DNA of 64,000 nucleotides from Bacillota bacterium (GTDB lineage Bacteria; Bacillota; DTU025). A program made the translations under genes and the position numbers. The notes beneath the pieces are model-generated. The model made no database searches and had not been told where the DNA came from. It worked only from the letters and a program-made list of their open reading frames with translations. Of the stretch, positions 1-9,669 are shown piece after piece; position 1 is the stretch's first letter; the number at the start of each line of letters is the position of its first letter. The stretch lies in NCBI GenBank assembly GCA_050951805.1, contig JBMNJT010000004.1, positions 141,096 to 205,095 on the forward strand, given 5' to 3'.

Positions 1-546
1 CCGCGTGTTGCTGTCGTAGTATTTCAGAGGCAGCCTCCCAAGTTTTGCATCCGCCTCTTTGCGCAGGCTGTACACGGTGCGCTGGGAGATTCCGGCCATG
101 ATGTAGTGCTGCAGCCAACTGAACAAGGCGTTGGCGATGTATATTCCGACAAGTATGAGCAGTATTCGCTTGATGGCCTCGAAATCGACGCCGGCGCCGG
201 GGACGATGTTCATTCCCGCCACCATATCGGCCATCTGGTCCTTGCCGGCAGCCTTGAGCATGCTAATGATCTGTTCCTTGCCAAGTCCAGGAGGAAGCTG
301 CTTCCCGATGACTCCTTCAAAGAGGATGTTCGTGGCTTTGCCCAGGATCTTCGGCCCAGCAATGGTCAGGACGACGCAGACTATGGATAAAACCATGACG
401 ATGATGAGCTGCGTCTTGTGCGGTTTGAGATACCCGAACAGCCTCTTCAACGACCCCTTGAAGTCGCGCGCTTTTTCTCCGGGCATCATGGCGCCTCGGG
501 GACCATGTCCTCGCTGGCGTCGTGCTGCTGTTTTCTCTTCACTCAT
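1..546 (-). CDS. ABC exporter permease/ATP-binding subunit (TM288-like partner), N-terminal part, truncated by window edge
   Basis: Not in ORF track. ATG at 546 overlaps the upstream stop (ATGA). Translates MSEEKTAARRQRGHGPRGAMMPGEKARDFKGSLKRLFGYLKP...ISQRTVYSLRKEADAKLGRLPLKYYD, typical of the second subunit of heterodimeric exporters. Confidence 0.88.
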   Translation of the reverse strand, partial: MSEEKTAARRQRGHGPRGAMMPGEKARDFKGSLKRLFGYLKPHKTQLIIVMVLSIVCVVLTIAGPKILGKATNILFEGVIGKQLPPGLGKEQIISMLKAAGKDQMADMVAGMNIVPGAGVDFEAIKRILLILVGIYIANALFSWLQHYIMAGISQRTVYSLRKEADAKLGRLPLKYYDSNTR

Positions 547-2282
547 GCGACTTCCTCCTCTGAAAGCTGTGAGAGGACGATCTCACGATATACGGAACAG
601 AGCTTCATCAGTTCCTCATGTGTCCCCATTCCCACGATCTCGCCTTTGTCGAGCACGATTATGCGTTCGGCATTCATGATAGTGCTCACACGCTGCGCCA
701 CGATGAAGACTATGGCGTCATCCACTTCGTCATTGAGCGCGGCGCGAAGTGCGGCGTCGGTCTTGAAGTCAAGTGCGGAGAAGCTGTCATCGAAGACGTA
801 TATCTTCGGCCTTTTCACCAAGGCTCGCGCGATGGCTAGGCGCTGCTTCTGCCCTCCCGAGAAGTTCGTTCCTCCCTGAGAGACTGGGGCTTCAAGCTGT
901 CCGGGCATCTCGGCGACGAAGTCGGCTGCCTGGGCTATGCGCAGGGCATGCCAGAGTTCGTCGTCGGTGGCATCGCGCTTTCCGTAGCGCAGGTTGCTGG
1001 CAATTGTCCCGCTAAAAAGGAAGGCTTTCTGTGGGACAAAGCCTATCTTGTTCCTCAGGTCCTCCTCAGGTATTTCCCGTATGTCTACTCCATCTATGAG
1101 CAGGCTGCCGCCGGTCACATCGTAGAAGCGGGGGATGAGGTTGATCAGAGTGGACTTCCCGCATCCTGTGCCGCCGACGATGGCGGTGGTTTCGCCCGGA
1201 TAGGCGATGAAGGAGATTCCGCGCAGGACCGGAGTCTCTGCGCCCGGGTATGTGAACTCTACATCCCTAAATTCGACGCTCGCGTCGGAGTCGGCGGTGC
1301 CTGGGTTGAGCGCGGCCGGCGCCTTGGGGGCGGAGATAGACGGCTCAGTCTCGAGAACTTCGAGGATTCGTTCGGCCGAGGCACTGGCCCGCGGGATCAT
1401 GATGAACATCACTGTGGCCATCATCACCGCAATGAGGATTTGCATGGTGTAGGCGATGAAGGCTGTAAGGTTTCCTATGGGCATGGCCCCGCTGTCGATT
1501 CTGTGTGCGCCGAACCACATAATGGCTGCCATGGAGATGTTGACTATGAGCATCAGCAGCGGCATGGTGATGGCGACCATCCTGTTGATCTTCAAGGCTG
1601 TGGTTGTGAGATCGAGGTTGGCCTCATCGAATCGCGCCTCTTCGTAGTCGGTTTTAACAAAGGCTCTGATGACCCGGACTCCGGCAAGCTTCTCGCGGAC
1701 TACCTGGTTGAGCCTGTCTATTTTTACCTGCATCGACTTGAATAGCGGCAGGGCGCGTCGCATGATCACACCGATGACCACGGCCATTACCGGCACAATG
1801 ATGATGATGGATATGGACAATGGCACGTCCTGGCGGAGAGCCATGATGATGCCGCCGATGCACATTACAGGGGCGGAGATCATGACGTTTAGGGTTATGA
1901 GGACTGCCATCTGTACCTGCTGCACGTCGTTGGTGGTGCGGGTTATGAGTGAGGGTGTACCGAATTGGTCCACCTCTGCCTGGGAAAAACTCTGCACCTT
2001 GCGGAAAACGTCGCTCCTGAGGTCTCGGCCGAAGGACATTGCTGTTTTCGATCCCCAATATACCGAGACCACGGAGCATGCCGCCAGCAGTAAGGTGACG
2101 AGCAGCATGAACCCGCCTGTCTTCAGGATGTATTCGGTGTCGCCCCTAGCGATGCCGTTGTTGATGATATCGGCATTGAGGTCGGGCAGGTACAAATTGG
2201 CAATAGCCTGGACCAGAAGGAGTGCCATTACGAGGAACAGCTGCTTTTGGTAGGGCTTGAGGTATTGAAGTAGTTTTGTCAT
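543..2282 (-). CDS. ABC exporter permease/ATP-binding subunit (TM287-like)
   Basis: TM domain plus Walker A GGTGCGKS, signature FSGGQKQR and degenerate Walker B YVFDDS (D in place of catalytic E), as in heterodimeric multidrug exporters. Confidence 0.95.
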   Translation of the reverse strand: MTKLLQYLKPYQKQLFLVMALLLVQAIANLYLPDLNADIINNGIARGDTEYILKTGGFMLLVTLLLAACSVVSVYWGSKTAMSFGRDLRSDVFRKVQSFSQAEVDQFGTPSLITRTTNDVQQVQMAVLITLNVMISAPVMCIGGIIMALRQDVPLSISIIIIVPVMAVVIGVIMRRALPLFKSMQVKIDRLNQVVREKLAGVRVIRAFVKTDYEEARFDEANLDLTTTALKINRMVAITMPLLMLIVNISMAAIMWFGAHRIDSGAMPIGNLTAFIAYTMQILIAVMMATVMFIMIPRASASAERILEVLETEPSISAPKAPAALNPGTADSDASVEFRDVEFTYPGAETPVLRGISFIAYPGETTAIVGGTGCGKSTLINLIPRFYDVTGGSLLIDGVDIREIPEEDLRNKIGFVPQKAFLFSGTIASNLRYGKRDATDDELWHALRIAQAADFVAEMPGQLEAPVSQGGTNFSGGQKQRLAIARALVKRPKIYVFDDSFSALDFKTDAALRAALNDEVDDAIVFIVAQRVSTIMNAERIIVLDKGEIVGMGTHEELMKLCSVYREIVLSQLSEEEVA

Positions 2283-2312
2283 TCAGAAACTGACACCTCT
2301 CATGTAAGCAAA

Positions 2313-2792
2313 TCAAAGCTCCTGTGATATGTTGGAACACAGGGCGCTCAGGAGCCTGTCGAATTCTTCGCGGTCGCCGGAAGGCATTTTGCCGAAGGTG
2401 GCGTTGACGAAGTCCGCAAGCGCCTCGTTCATCTCTTCCTGTATTTTGCGTCCTGCATCAGTCAAGTATATGCGGGACAGTCGTTGGTCCTCCTCATCCG
2501 TTTTTCGGACTATCGTGCCTGCAGCCTCCATCTTCTGAAGCATCACGGTTACCGTGGATGACGCCACATGAAGCTTTCGGGCTAGGTCCCGCTGGGCAAT
2601 GCCGTCATGACCGCTGAGGACCCAGAGGCATCCGGCTTGTCCGGGGTAAATTTCCTTTTCAGACAGCACTTTGAAGATTAGCTGGCGATACAAGCGCATT
2701 GCCTTGAAAAAGGAATGGAAGACGCGCAACGATAGAGGATCGACTCCATAAAGCTCTGTGACGGGCGTGGGATCATATGTCGATGAATGCAC
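2313..2792 (-). CDS. MarR family transcriptional regulator
   Basis: QRDLARKLHVASSTVTVMLQKMEAAGTIVRKTDEEDQRLSRIYLT is a MarR wHTH. Start moved to GTG at 2792, downstream of RBS GAAAGGGGG. Confidence 0.92.
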   Translation of the reverse strand: MHSSTYDPTPVTELYGVDPLSLRVFHSFFKAMRLYRQLIFKVLSEKEIYPGQAGCLWVLSGHDGIAQRDLARKLHVASSTVTVMLQKMEAAGTIVRKTDEEDQRLSRIYLTDAGRKIQEEMNEALADFVNATFGKMPSGDREEFDRLLSALCSNISQEL

Positions 2793-2853
2793 TGTTAGAC
2801 CCCCTTTCAGCGATCGTAGGCCAGGCCCCGAGCACATAATCGTTGCCATGCTA

Positions 2854-2913
2854 ATAGGTAGCATGCTAACTATATGCGTAATGTATTGTAGCGCGTCTTG
2901 GCTGCGAGGTCAA
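2854..2913 (-). promoter_or_regulatory. sigmaA promoter of the marR-ABC operon with a probable MarR operator
   Basis: Minus strand TTGACC (2913-2908), 17 bp, TACAAT (2890-2885). Just downstream is the near-perfect palindrome ATAGGTAGCATGCTAACTAT (2854-2873). Confidence 0.7.
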
Positions 2914-3423
2914 CAGGGATGTGTTGAGGGTGGCTGGGAATCAGTAGTATGAAGCTCTTAGCGTCTGGGCGGGCTCCGTGGGAGGGGATTTCGCGTCCCC
3001 GTACACGCTGCAAACTCTATCCGCTGCTAATAGAGGGGTTTAGGTCCGTTTCGCCAACGCCTGCTGCGCTCAATTCGAATGCTCTCCCTCCTGACCTTTT
3101 CCGGCTATACTGCGAATCGTCAGATTTGCCCCGCATAGCATCGGTATGTCCAGTCCGAATGCTTCTATGAGCTTGGATAGATACTCTACTGCCTGTAGTA
3201 TGCCTTTTTGTTTCCCACAGCGGAGCTATTCGATTGTCCGTATAAGACTTTGAAAGCTCAAAGCTTCGGTGTTCGCACCAACGTGTTCGCGTGGCCGAGT
3301 TGAGATTCTTCCATTACAATGACAGTTGACAAGCGGCATCTTTAGGGGCGGGAGCCATGCTCCGATGTTCTGCCTTTTAGTCTCAGGTGGCATATTGTCC
3401 ACTTTGCCAAAGGGGGCTCCGAT

Positions 3424-3978
3424 ATGAACGGGGAATTGGAAAAAATGCTCTCGGGCGAGCTTTACGACGCCGGCGACCCTGAGTTGTACCGTATGCGTCT
3501 CAGAGCTCGCCGGTTGACCCGGGAGTTTAACGCCACAACGGAAGAGGAACACGACTTGCGTGCGACGATTTTGAAGGAGCTGTTTGCATCGGTGGGCAGC
3601 GCCTTCATTGAGCCGCCTTTCTACTGCGATTATGGAAGTAACATATGCGTCGGCAAGAACTTCTACATGAATTTCAACTGCGTCATTCTTGACTGCGCTG
3701 CAGTTGAGATCGGTGACAACGTCATGGCCGGTCCCGGGGTTCATATCTACACTGCATACCACCCGCTTGATGCCGCAGTGAGGGTGCAAGGCCTTGAACT
3801 TGCGGCGCCAGTCAAAATAGGAAACAACGTCTGGATAGGCGGAGGGGCCATAATATGCCCTGGGGTTGTCATCGGCGATAACACAACGATCGGAGCGGGA
3901 AGCGTGGTGACTAGGGACGTTTTGGCCAATGTGTTCGCAGCGGGGAATCCCTGTCGGGTGATGAGAGACTTGGAGTAG
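3424..3978 (+). CDS. maa: Maltose/sugar O-acetyltransferase (left-handed beta-helix)
   Basis: EKMLSGELYDA Mac domain, IEPPFYCDYG, GNNVWIGGGAIICPGVVIG hexapeptide repeats, AAGNPCR. Confidence 0.9.
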   Translation: MNGELEKMLSGELYDAGDPELYRMRLRARRLTREFNATTEEEHDLRATILKELFASVGSAFIEPPFYCDYGSNICVGKNFYMNFNCVILDCAAVEIGDNVMAGPGVHIYTAYHPLDAAVRVQGLELAAPVKIGNNVWIGGGAIICPGVVIGDNTTIGAGSVVTRDVLANVFAAGNPCRVMRDLE

Positions 3979-4124
3979 CGCTCATTTTTCCGGCTCGGGA
4001 ACGGCGGCGGATTCGTCACTGGGCGGGGAATCGATTGTTGATGGAGGAGAAAGGAGTGGGCTGCCCGAACGCTTATCAGAACTGATGCAGCCTTTCGATT
4101 GTATATATTTGATGGGGGACGTGT

Positions 4125-4853
4125 ATGGATCTTCTTGTTGATGCCGACATTCTGGCGTGCCAGTACGCGTACGTGTATGAAGCGAGCCGTGGATGGGACG
4201 CGGGCGATGACTTTGATATAGATGACGCAGGCTGGGCGATTTCTGGGTTTGATTCGGCGGTTGTTCGGATGATGAACGAGACGGGAACGGAAAATGCGAT
4301 CCTTTGCTTTACCGGCAGGGATAACTTCAGGTACTCGATACTGCCTACATACAAATCGAATCGGCGGGGCAAGCCCAGGCCGGTGCTTCTGGATGTGCTT
4401 ATTGAACATGCGTGGGATATATGGAACTGCAAGTCAGTCGATTGCCTTGAGGCGGATGATGTGATGGGGATTATGGCGACTAGGTGGCCTGGGCGCTATG
4501 TAGTGGCCAGCACCGACAAGGATTTGAAGCAGATTCCCGGGCTCCATTACAACTGGAAGAAGGAGAGGGTTGCAGAAGTCGATCAGCGCCGGGCTGATTA
4601 CTGGTTCTACTTTCAGGTGCTCACCGGTGATTCTACAGATGGGTATGCGGGGTGTCCCGGCATTGGCGAATGCAGGGCCAGGCGGGTTTTGGAGGATGCT
4701 GCTCCTGACATGTGGGCGCGGGTTGTGGCCGCCTTCGAGTCCCGGGGGTTGACTGAGGAGGACGCTCTTATTCAGGCAAGGGTAGCCCGAATCCTGCGAG
4801 CAGATGACTACGATTTCGAAGAGAGCCAGCCTATCCTCTGGAGCCCGGCTTGA
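4125..4853 (+). CDS. Phage T7 gp6-like 5'-3' exonuclease (FEN/PIN superfamily)
   Basis: LLVDAD, NFRYSILPTYKSNR, EADDVMG, STDKDLKQIP, GDSTDGYAGCPGIG and C-terminal QARVARILRADDYDF..ILWSP follow T7 gp6 motifs in order. RBS GGGGG upstream. Confidence 0.85.
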   Translation: MDLLVDADILACQYAYVYEASRGWDAGDDFDIDDAGWAISGFDSAVVRMMNETGTENAILCFTGRDNFRYSILPTYKSNRRGKPRPVLLDVLIEHAWDIWNCKSVDCLEADDVMGIMATRWPGRYVVASTDKDLKQIPGLHYNWKKERVAEVDQRRADYWFYFQVLTGDSTDGYAGCPGIGECRARRVLEDAAPDMWARVVAAFESRGLTEEDALIQARVARILRADDYDFEESQPILWSPA

Positions 4854-5158
4854 ATGTGTAATAAGTCTGCTCCCGTCGGTGGCTTCGGTGCCGATCTTAG
4901 CAGTGATAAACCACATTGTCTGTACCGATTTTCTGCCTTCCCCGCGGCTTTGCTGCAGATATGCATGACGCGGGTTTTGTTTTGCCTTCCGGCGCTTGTC
5001 TCTTGCAAGGCGTTGACGGGGATGGTTTTGATTCTCCTTCAGATGCCTGAGGATGTGCGGCCCAACTTATTTCTAGCTTTGATTGGGAAATACCGGATTC
5101 GGCTCACACTCAACTAATGGGGCGCTCGTCGCGGCCACCTGGGATTGAAAACCCAACC

Positions 5159-6669
5159 TGTCAACCGACTGTGAAAATGTCACCCCTTTTGGGGGTTAAT
5201 CCGTCTGAGAAAATGTCACCCCCTGTGGTTGTGTTCCGCTGGCGAGCCCGCGCATTATGCGCAGGCTCGCGGCCGATTGAGATTAGGGTGCCGCCAGCGG
5301 GAAACTGTTGTTTTGTCTGTTTTTGGTCTGGGTTGCCTAGCGTGCTTGTTGAATGCGTTGTTGACGCTCGTAGCTCGCATGTTTCCAGGGATGATCATCC
5401 GGGGGCTTCCATGGCATCCTCGGGGCTTTAGGCTCTTGGGCTGCAGCCGAGGCTGAGTCTTCGATCGCCGGTGTGGAGTTGAACTCGGCTAGGCTGTAGC
5501 ATTTTCCCTTGTAGAGTGCGTTGATTGACCCGTCCATGTGCGTAAGCACGAAAACGGGATCCCTCCTGGCCAATCCGACAACATGGCCGTATGCGTCCAG
5601 AAGACGGAACTTGGTGCCATGGTAGGATATGAGTGATCCTCCCAGCCCTTGACGAGATTCCCTGATCGAAAGAATCATGTCGAGATCCATGTCGGGGGGC
5701 GGGTGTCTCATCAGCTGCAGGAACGGCAAAGCGGGCGTTGTACCTGGGGATATATCTGAGGAGGAACTCATTTGCCTGTTCGATTGTGTTGATTCCGGCG
5801 AGGCGCATTTCAATAGGCAGTCTTCCCTGAAGCGTCTCCCATGCGCGCTCAATGCGGCCCTTTGCTTGAGGCGAATGCGCTGGTATGTGAGTGATCTGTA
5901 GTTCGTCGAGAATGCGGCCTATCTGGGTAAGGTTGACCCGTTTGCCCTGGAGTTGTTCTTCGATGGTGAGCTTGTCCATCTTGGGCGAGAAAAACATGGT
6001 ATGGCGGTCAGAATACAAGCACAGCGGTATGCCGTTGTTCTCAAGCACCTGACGGAACACATGGAGGTATCCTATGATGTCTTCCTGAGGCCTGAAATAC
6101 AGGCCCAGGATGGCTCCGGTGGCGTCGTCGATGATCCCATGAAGCGACATAGCTGGGCCTCTTCCTTCGAGCCAGTCGTAGGGACTGGCGTCGCATTGGA
6201 GCAAGATGCCCGATTGGGGTTTTCGCTCTCGCATGCGTCTGTGGCGCGGGGCTCTTTTGGTGGAGCACACTATCCCGGCTTTTTTCAGCAATCGTTGTAC
6301 AGTGCGTGGACTCACCGAGATCTGATAGCCCTCTGCCATGAGCTCGGACATATGGGTGCAATTTGCGTCTTTCAGGTCGGTCTGAGCTAGCTCTATGATG
6401 CGTGATGGGTCTAAAGGCTTGCGTCCGGCATTGCCATGCCCCAGGGCCTGGACCCCGTTACTCTGCATCTCCTTTTTGATCCGTTTGATCTGGCGGACAC
6501 TTAATCCAAGCATCTTGGCAGCCTGCGCGTTTGTGATTTGCCCGGCGGCAAGCTGATCCATTACGAAGACCCTCTTCCGTACTTTTTCCGTCAAGATGAC
6601 GTCCCCCTTGTTCATGGGTGACATTATCTCAGACGCGTTATGGGGTGACAATATCACAGACGCGTAACA
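5159..6669 (-). mobile_element. IS1202-family (ISNCY) element, copy 1, defective
   Basis: Imperfect terminal IRs TGTCAACCGACTGTGAAAATGTCACCCC and GGGGTGACAATATCACAGACGCGTAACA with subterminal repeats. Flanked by the 16-bp direct repeat GATTGAAAACCCAACC. Confidence 0.85.
5337..6615 (-). pseudogene. DDE transposase, frameshifted
   Basis: Matches copy 2 up to ...DETP, then a net 14-bp deletion near 5700. The C-terminus continues in another frame (PDMDLDMILSIRESRQ...) and stops early at QQAR*. Confidence 0.85.
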
Positions 6670-6685
6670 GATTGAAAACCCAACC

Positions 6686-8264
6686 TGTCAACCGACTGTG
6701 AAAATGTCACCCCTTTTGGGGGTTAATCCGTCTGAGAAAATGTCACCCCCTGTGGTTGTGTTCCGCTGGCGAGCCCGCGCATTATGCGCAGGCTCGCGGC
6801 CGAGTCAAGGATCGGCCTGCGGCCTGCTTTGCTCCTTGACTCGGCCTCTGCGCCTGCTCGAGATTAGGGTGCCGCCAGCGGGGAACTGTTGTTTTGTCTG
6901 TCTTGGCTCTGGGCTGCTTTGCGTGCTTGTTGAATGCGTTGTTGGCGCTGGTAGCTTGCACGTTTCCAGGGATGATCGTCCGGGGGCTTCCATGGCATCC
7001 TCGGGGGCTTGGACTCTTTAGCTGCAGTTGAGGCGGAGTCTTCGACCGCCGGTGTGGAGTTGAACTCGGCCAAGCTGTAGCATTTGCCCTTGTAGAGTGC
7101 GCTGATTGACCCGTCCATGTGCGTAAGCACGGAAACGGGATCCTTCCTGGCCAATCCGACAACATGGCCGTACGCGTCCAGAAGACGGAACTTGGTGCCA
7201 TGGTAGGATATGAGTGATCCTCCCAGCGCTTGACGAGATTCCCTGATAGAAAGAATGACGTCCAGATTCATCTCTGGGGTCAGAGCACGAAAAGCGGGTG
7301 TCTCATCAGCTGCAGGAACGGCAAAGCGGGCGTTGTACCTGGGGATATATCTGAGGAGGAACTCATTTGCCTGTTCGATTGTGTTGATTCCGGCGAGGCG
7401 CATTTCAATAGGCAGTCTTCCCTGAAGCGTCTCCCATGCGCGCTCAATGCGGCCCTTTGCTTGAGGCGAATGCGCTGGTATGTGAGTGATCTGTAGTTCG
7501 TCGAGAATGCGGCCTATCTGGGTAAGGTTGACCCGTTTGCCCTGGAGTTGTTCTTCGATGGTGAGCTTGTCCATCTTGGGCGAGAAAAACATGGTATGGC
7601 GGTCAGAATACAAGCACAGCGGTATGCCGTTGTTCTCAAGCACCTGACGGAACACATGGAGGTATCCTATGATGTCTTCCTGAGGCCTGAAATACAGGCC
7701 CAGGATGGCTCCGGTGGCGTCGTCGATGATCCCATGAAGCGACATAGCTGGGCCTCTTCCTTCGAGCCAGTCGTAGGGACTGGCGTCGCATTGGAGCAAG
7801 ATGCCCGATTGGGGTTTTCGCTCTCGCATGCGTCTGTGGCGCGGGGCTCTTTTGGTGGAGCACACTATCCCGGCTTTTTTCAGCAATCGTTGTACAGTGC
7901 GTGGACTCACCGAGATCTGATAGCCCTCTGCCATGAGCTCGGACATATGGGTGCAATTTGCGTCTTTCAGGTCGGTCTGAGCTAGCTCTATGATGCGTGA
8001 TGGGTCTAAAGGCTTGCGTCCGGCATTGCCATGCCCCAGGGCCTGGACCCCGTTACTCTGCATCTCCTTTTTGATCCGTTTGATCTGGCGGACACTTAAT
8101 CCAAGCATCTTGGCAGCCTGCGCGTTTGTGATTTGCCCGGCGGCAAGCTGATCCATTACGAAGACCCTCTTCCGTACTTTTTCCGTCAAGATGACGTCCC
8201 CCTTGTTCATGGGTGACATTATCTCAGACGCGTTATGGGGTGACAATATCACAGACGCGTAACA
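6686..8264 (-). mobile_element. IS1202-family (ISNCY) element, copy 2, apparently intact (1579 bp)
   Basis: Same IRs as copy 1. Direct repeats at 6670-6685 and 8265-8280. Confidence 0.88.
6864..8210 (-). CDS. DDE transposase (HTH plus integrase core)
   Basis: HTH AAKMLGLSVRQIKR; DDE triad QCDAS / YSDRH / KGRIER; C-terminal KPPDDHPWK. Start placed at ATG 8210 because the ORF-track extension to 8600 lies outside the IS. Confidence 0.9.
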   Translation of the reverse strand: MNKGDVILTEKVRKRVFVMDQLAAGQITNAQAAKMLGLSVRQIKRIKKEMQSNGVQALGHGNAGRKPLDPSRIIELAQTDLKDANCTHMSELMAEGYQISVSPRTVQRLLKKAGIVCSTKRAPRHRRMRERKPQSGILLQCDASPYDWLEGRGPAMSLHGIIDDATGAILGLYFRPQEDIIGYLHVFRQVLENNGIPLCLYSDRHTMFFSPKMDKLTIEEQLQGKRVNLTQIGRILDELQITHIPAHSPQAKGRIERAWETLQGRLPIEMRLAGINTIEQANEFLLRYIPRYNARFAVPAADETPAFRALTPEMNLDVILSIRESRQALGGSLISYHGTKFRLLDAYGHVVGLARKDPVSVLTHMDGSISALYKGKCYSLAEFNSTPAVEDSASTAAKESKPPRMPWKPPDDHPWKRASYQRQQRIQQARKAAQSQDRQNNSSPLAAP

Positions 8265-8280
8265 GATTGAAAACCCAACC

Positions 8281-8309
8281 TTGACATCCGCTACACGGGG
8301 GTATATACT
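8281..8309 (+). promoter_or_regulatory. sigmaA promoter of the T-box met operon
   Basis: TTGACA (8281-8286), 17 bp, TATACT (8304-8309). Confidence 0.85.
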
Positions 8310-8329
8310 GTCTCCAAGTTTAAAATCGC

Positions 8330-8652
8330 AGCTAAACGCAATGACGGGGATGAGTACTCGCACAGTACCGGGCACAGAGAGCCGGCCTCGAGCTGAAAGC
8401 CGGAACCGCGGAAATGCGACGAACATGGCCCCTGAGCGGCCGTCCGAACTTCCTCCGCTTTGCTCCTTGATGGGCAGGGAGGGAAAGTAGGCGCGGACGT
8501 GTGCGCACGTTAAAGCGCCGGGGTCTAGCGAATCGGATGGATTCGCCGCACCTGCCGAGGCGCGGTATCGTGAGAACCGCGTGAACCTGGGTGGTACCAC
8601 GAAGGATTAGTCCTCTCGTCCCAGGCATTTTGCCTGGGGGAGAGGGCTTTTT
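8330..8652 (+). promoter_or_regulatory. T-box riboswitch, Met (AUG) specifier
   Basis: Stem I motifs AGTA, AGAGA and GCTGAAA; specifier loop GAAC-ATG-GCCCC (ATG 8425-8427); T-box AACCTGGGTGGTACCACG (8584-8601); terminator hairpin 8609-8648 with U-tract. Downstream genes are for Met synthesis. Confidence 0.9.
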
Positions 8653-8733
8653 GCATTTGCCCTTCTTGGCTTGGGCGGCTAAAGACTTTTCAGCAGAGAT
8701 AAGTAGAGAAAGCTCGCGCAGGAGGGAGTTTTT

Positions 8734-9669
8734 ATGGCAAGATTATTGAACAGGTTGAGGCAGGGCAGCTTTGCGGTTACGGTGGAGGTTAACCCCCCGA
8801 AAGGTGCGGATGTTTCCAAGACGCTTGCGCTGGTTCGCCGGTTTTCTGACCGGGTGGACGCCGTGAATGTGGCGGACTGCCCTATGGCAAATGTGAGGAT
8901 GAGCCCTATTACCTTAGCCCACCTTATCCAGCGCGATGTAGGGGTAGAGGCCATTTTCCACCTTACGTGCCGTGATCGCAACACCATAGGGCTTCAGGCG
9001 GAGCTTTTGGGTGCCTCCGGGCTCGGAGTCAGGAACATACTGGCCCTCAGGGGCGATCCGCCGTCGAGGGGGGATCATCCGGAGGCCCATGGAGTGTTCG
9101 AGGTAGATGCTGTTGGGCTAATCAGCTTGGCCGCCGCGCTCAACTCGGGACACACGGTAGGCGGCGGCGAGCTGGGTGAAGGGACCGATTTCGCCATCGG
9201 TTGCGTAGCAAATCCCAACGCCGAAGATCTTGAGGCCGAGATATCGAGGCTGGAGGAGAAGATCGCAGCTGGAGCGCACTTCGTCCAGACCCAGCCCATT
9301 TTCGACGTCCGCGCCTATGAAAGGTGGGCTAATGCCATAGACGGGCGGGTGAGCATCCCTATCCTCTACGGGATACTCCCTATCAAAGATGCTGCCTTTG
9401 CTGTGCACCTAAAGGAGAATGTTCCTGGCATGGCGGTGCCCGACTGGGTTATCGACCGGATGCGCTCCGGGGGAGACGGTGAAGGGTACAGGCTGGCTGC
9501 GGAGTTGCTATCGGAGATAGGGAAGGATATCGCCGGGATACACATCTTCCCCATGAACAGTTCCAAGCGGGTTGTAGGCGTGCTGGACGCCTTGGCCGAG
9601 GAGGGGTTTGCGGTGCCCCCGGTACAAACGGCATGCGACGGCCTGCGGAAGGTGGCTCCGAACGGATGA
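8734..9669 (+). CDS. metF: 5,10-methylenetetrahydrofolate reductase
   Basis: VEVNPPKG, HLTCRDRN, ILALRGDPP, KIAAGAHFVQTQPIFD. Confidence 0.9.
   Translation: MARLLNRLRQGSFAVTVEVNPPKGADVSKTLALVRRFSDRVDAVNVADCPMANVRMSPITLAHLIQRDVGVEAIFHLTCRDRNTIGLQAELLGASGLGVRNILALRGDPPSRGDHPEAHGVFEVDAVGLISLAAALNSGHTVGGGELGEGTDFAIGCVANPNAEDLEAEISRLEEKIAAGAHFVQTQPIFDVRAYERWANAIDGRVSIPILYGILPIKDAAFAVHLKENVPGMAVPDWVIDRMRSGGDGEGYRLAAELLSEIGKDIAGIHIFPMNSSKRVVGVLDALAEEGFAVPPVQTACDGLRKVAPNG

Larger units (their letters stand above)
5143..8280 (+). repeat. Three exact copies of the 16-bp target repeat GATTGAAAACCCAACC (5143-5158, 6670-6685, 8265-8280)
   Basis: Read directly. Each copy abuts an IS end. Confidence 0.95.

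Noticed and set aside
3979-5142. Prophage around the gp6-like exonuclease
   Set aside because: No other phage genes, att sites or integrase in the flanks.
5128-5151. GTCGC...GGATTGAAA resembles the ends of a type I-C CRISPR repeat, and GATTGAAA recurs three times
   Set aside because: Too short for such a repeat, copies are about 1.5 kb apart, no spacers or cas genes; explained as IS target duplications.
6660-6691. Possible hybrid promoter at the IS-IS junction (TTGACA on the minus strand)
   Set aside because: No acceptable -10 box at 16-18 bp spacing.
8211-8600. N-terminal extension of the 578-aa transposase ORF
   Set aside because: Runs through the IS end, the promoter and the antisense of the T-box; chance open frame.
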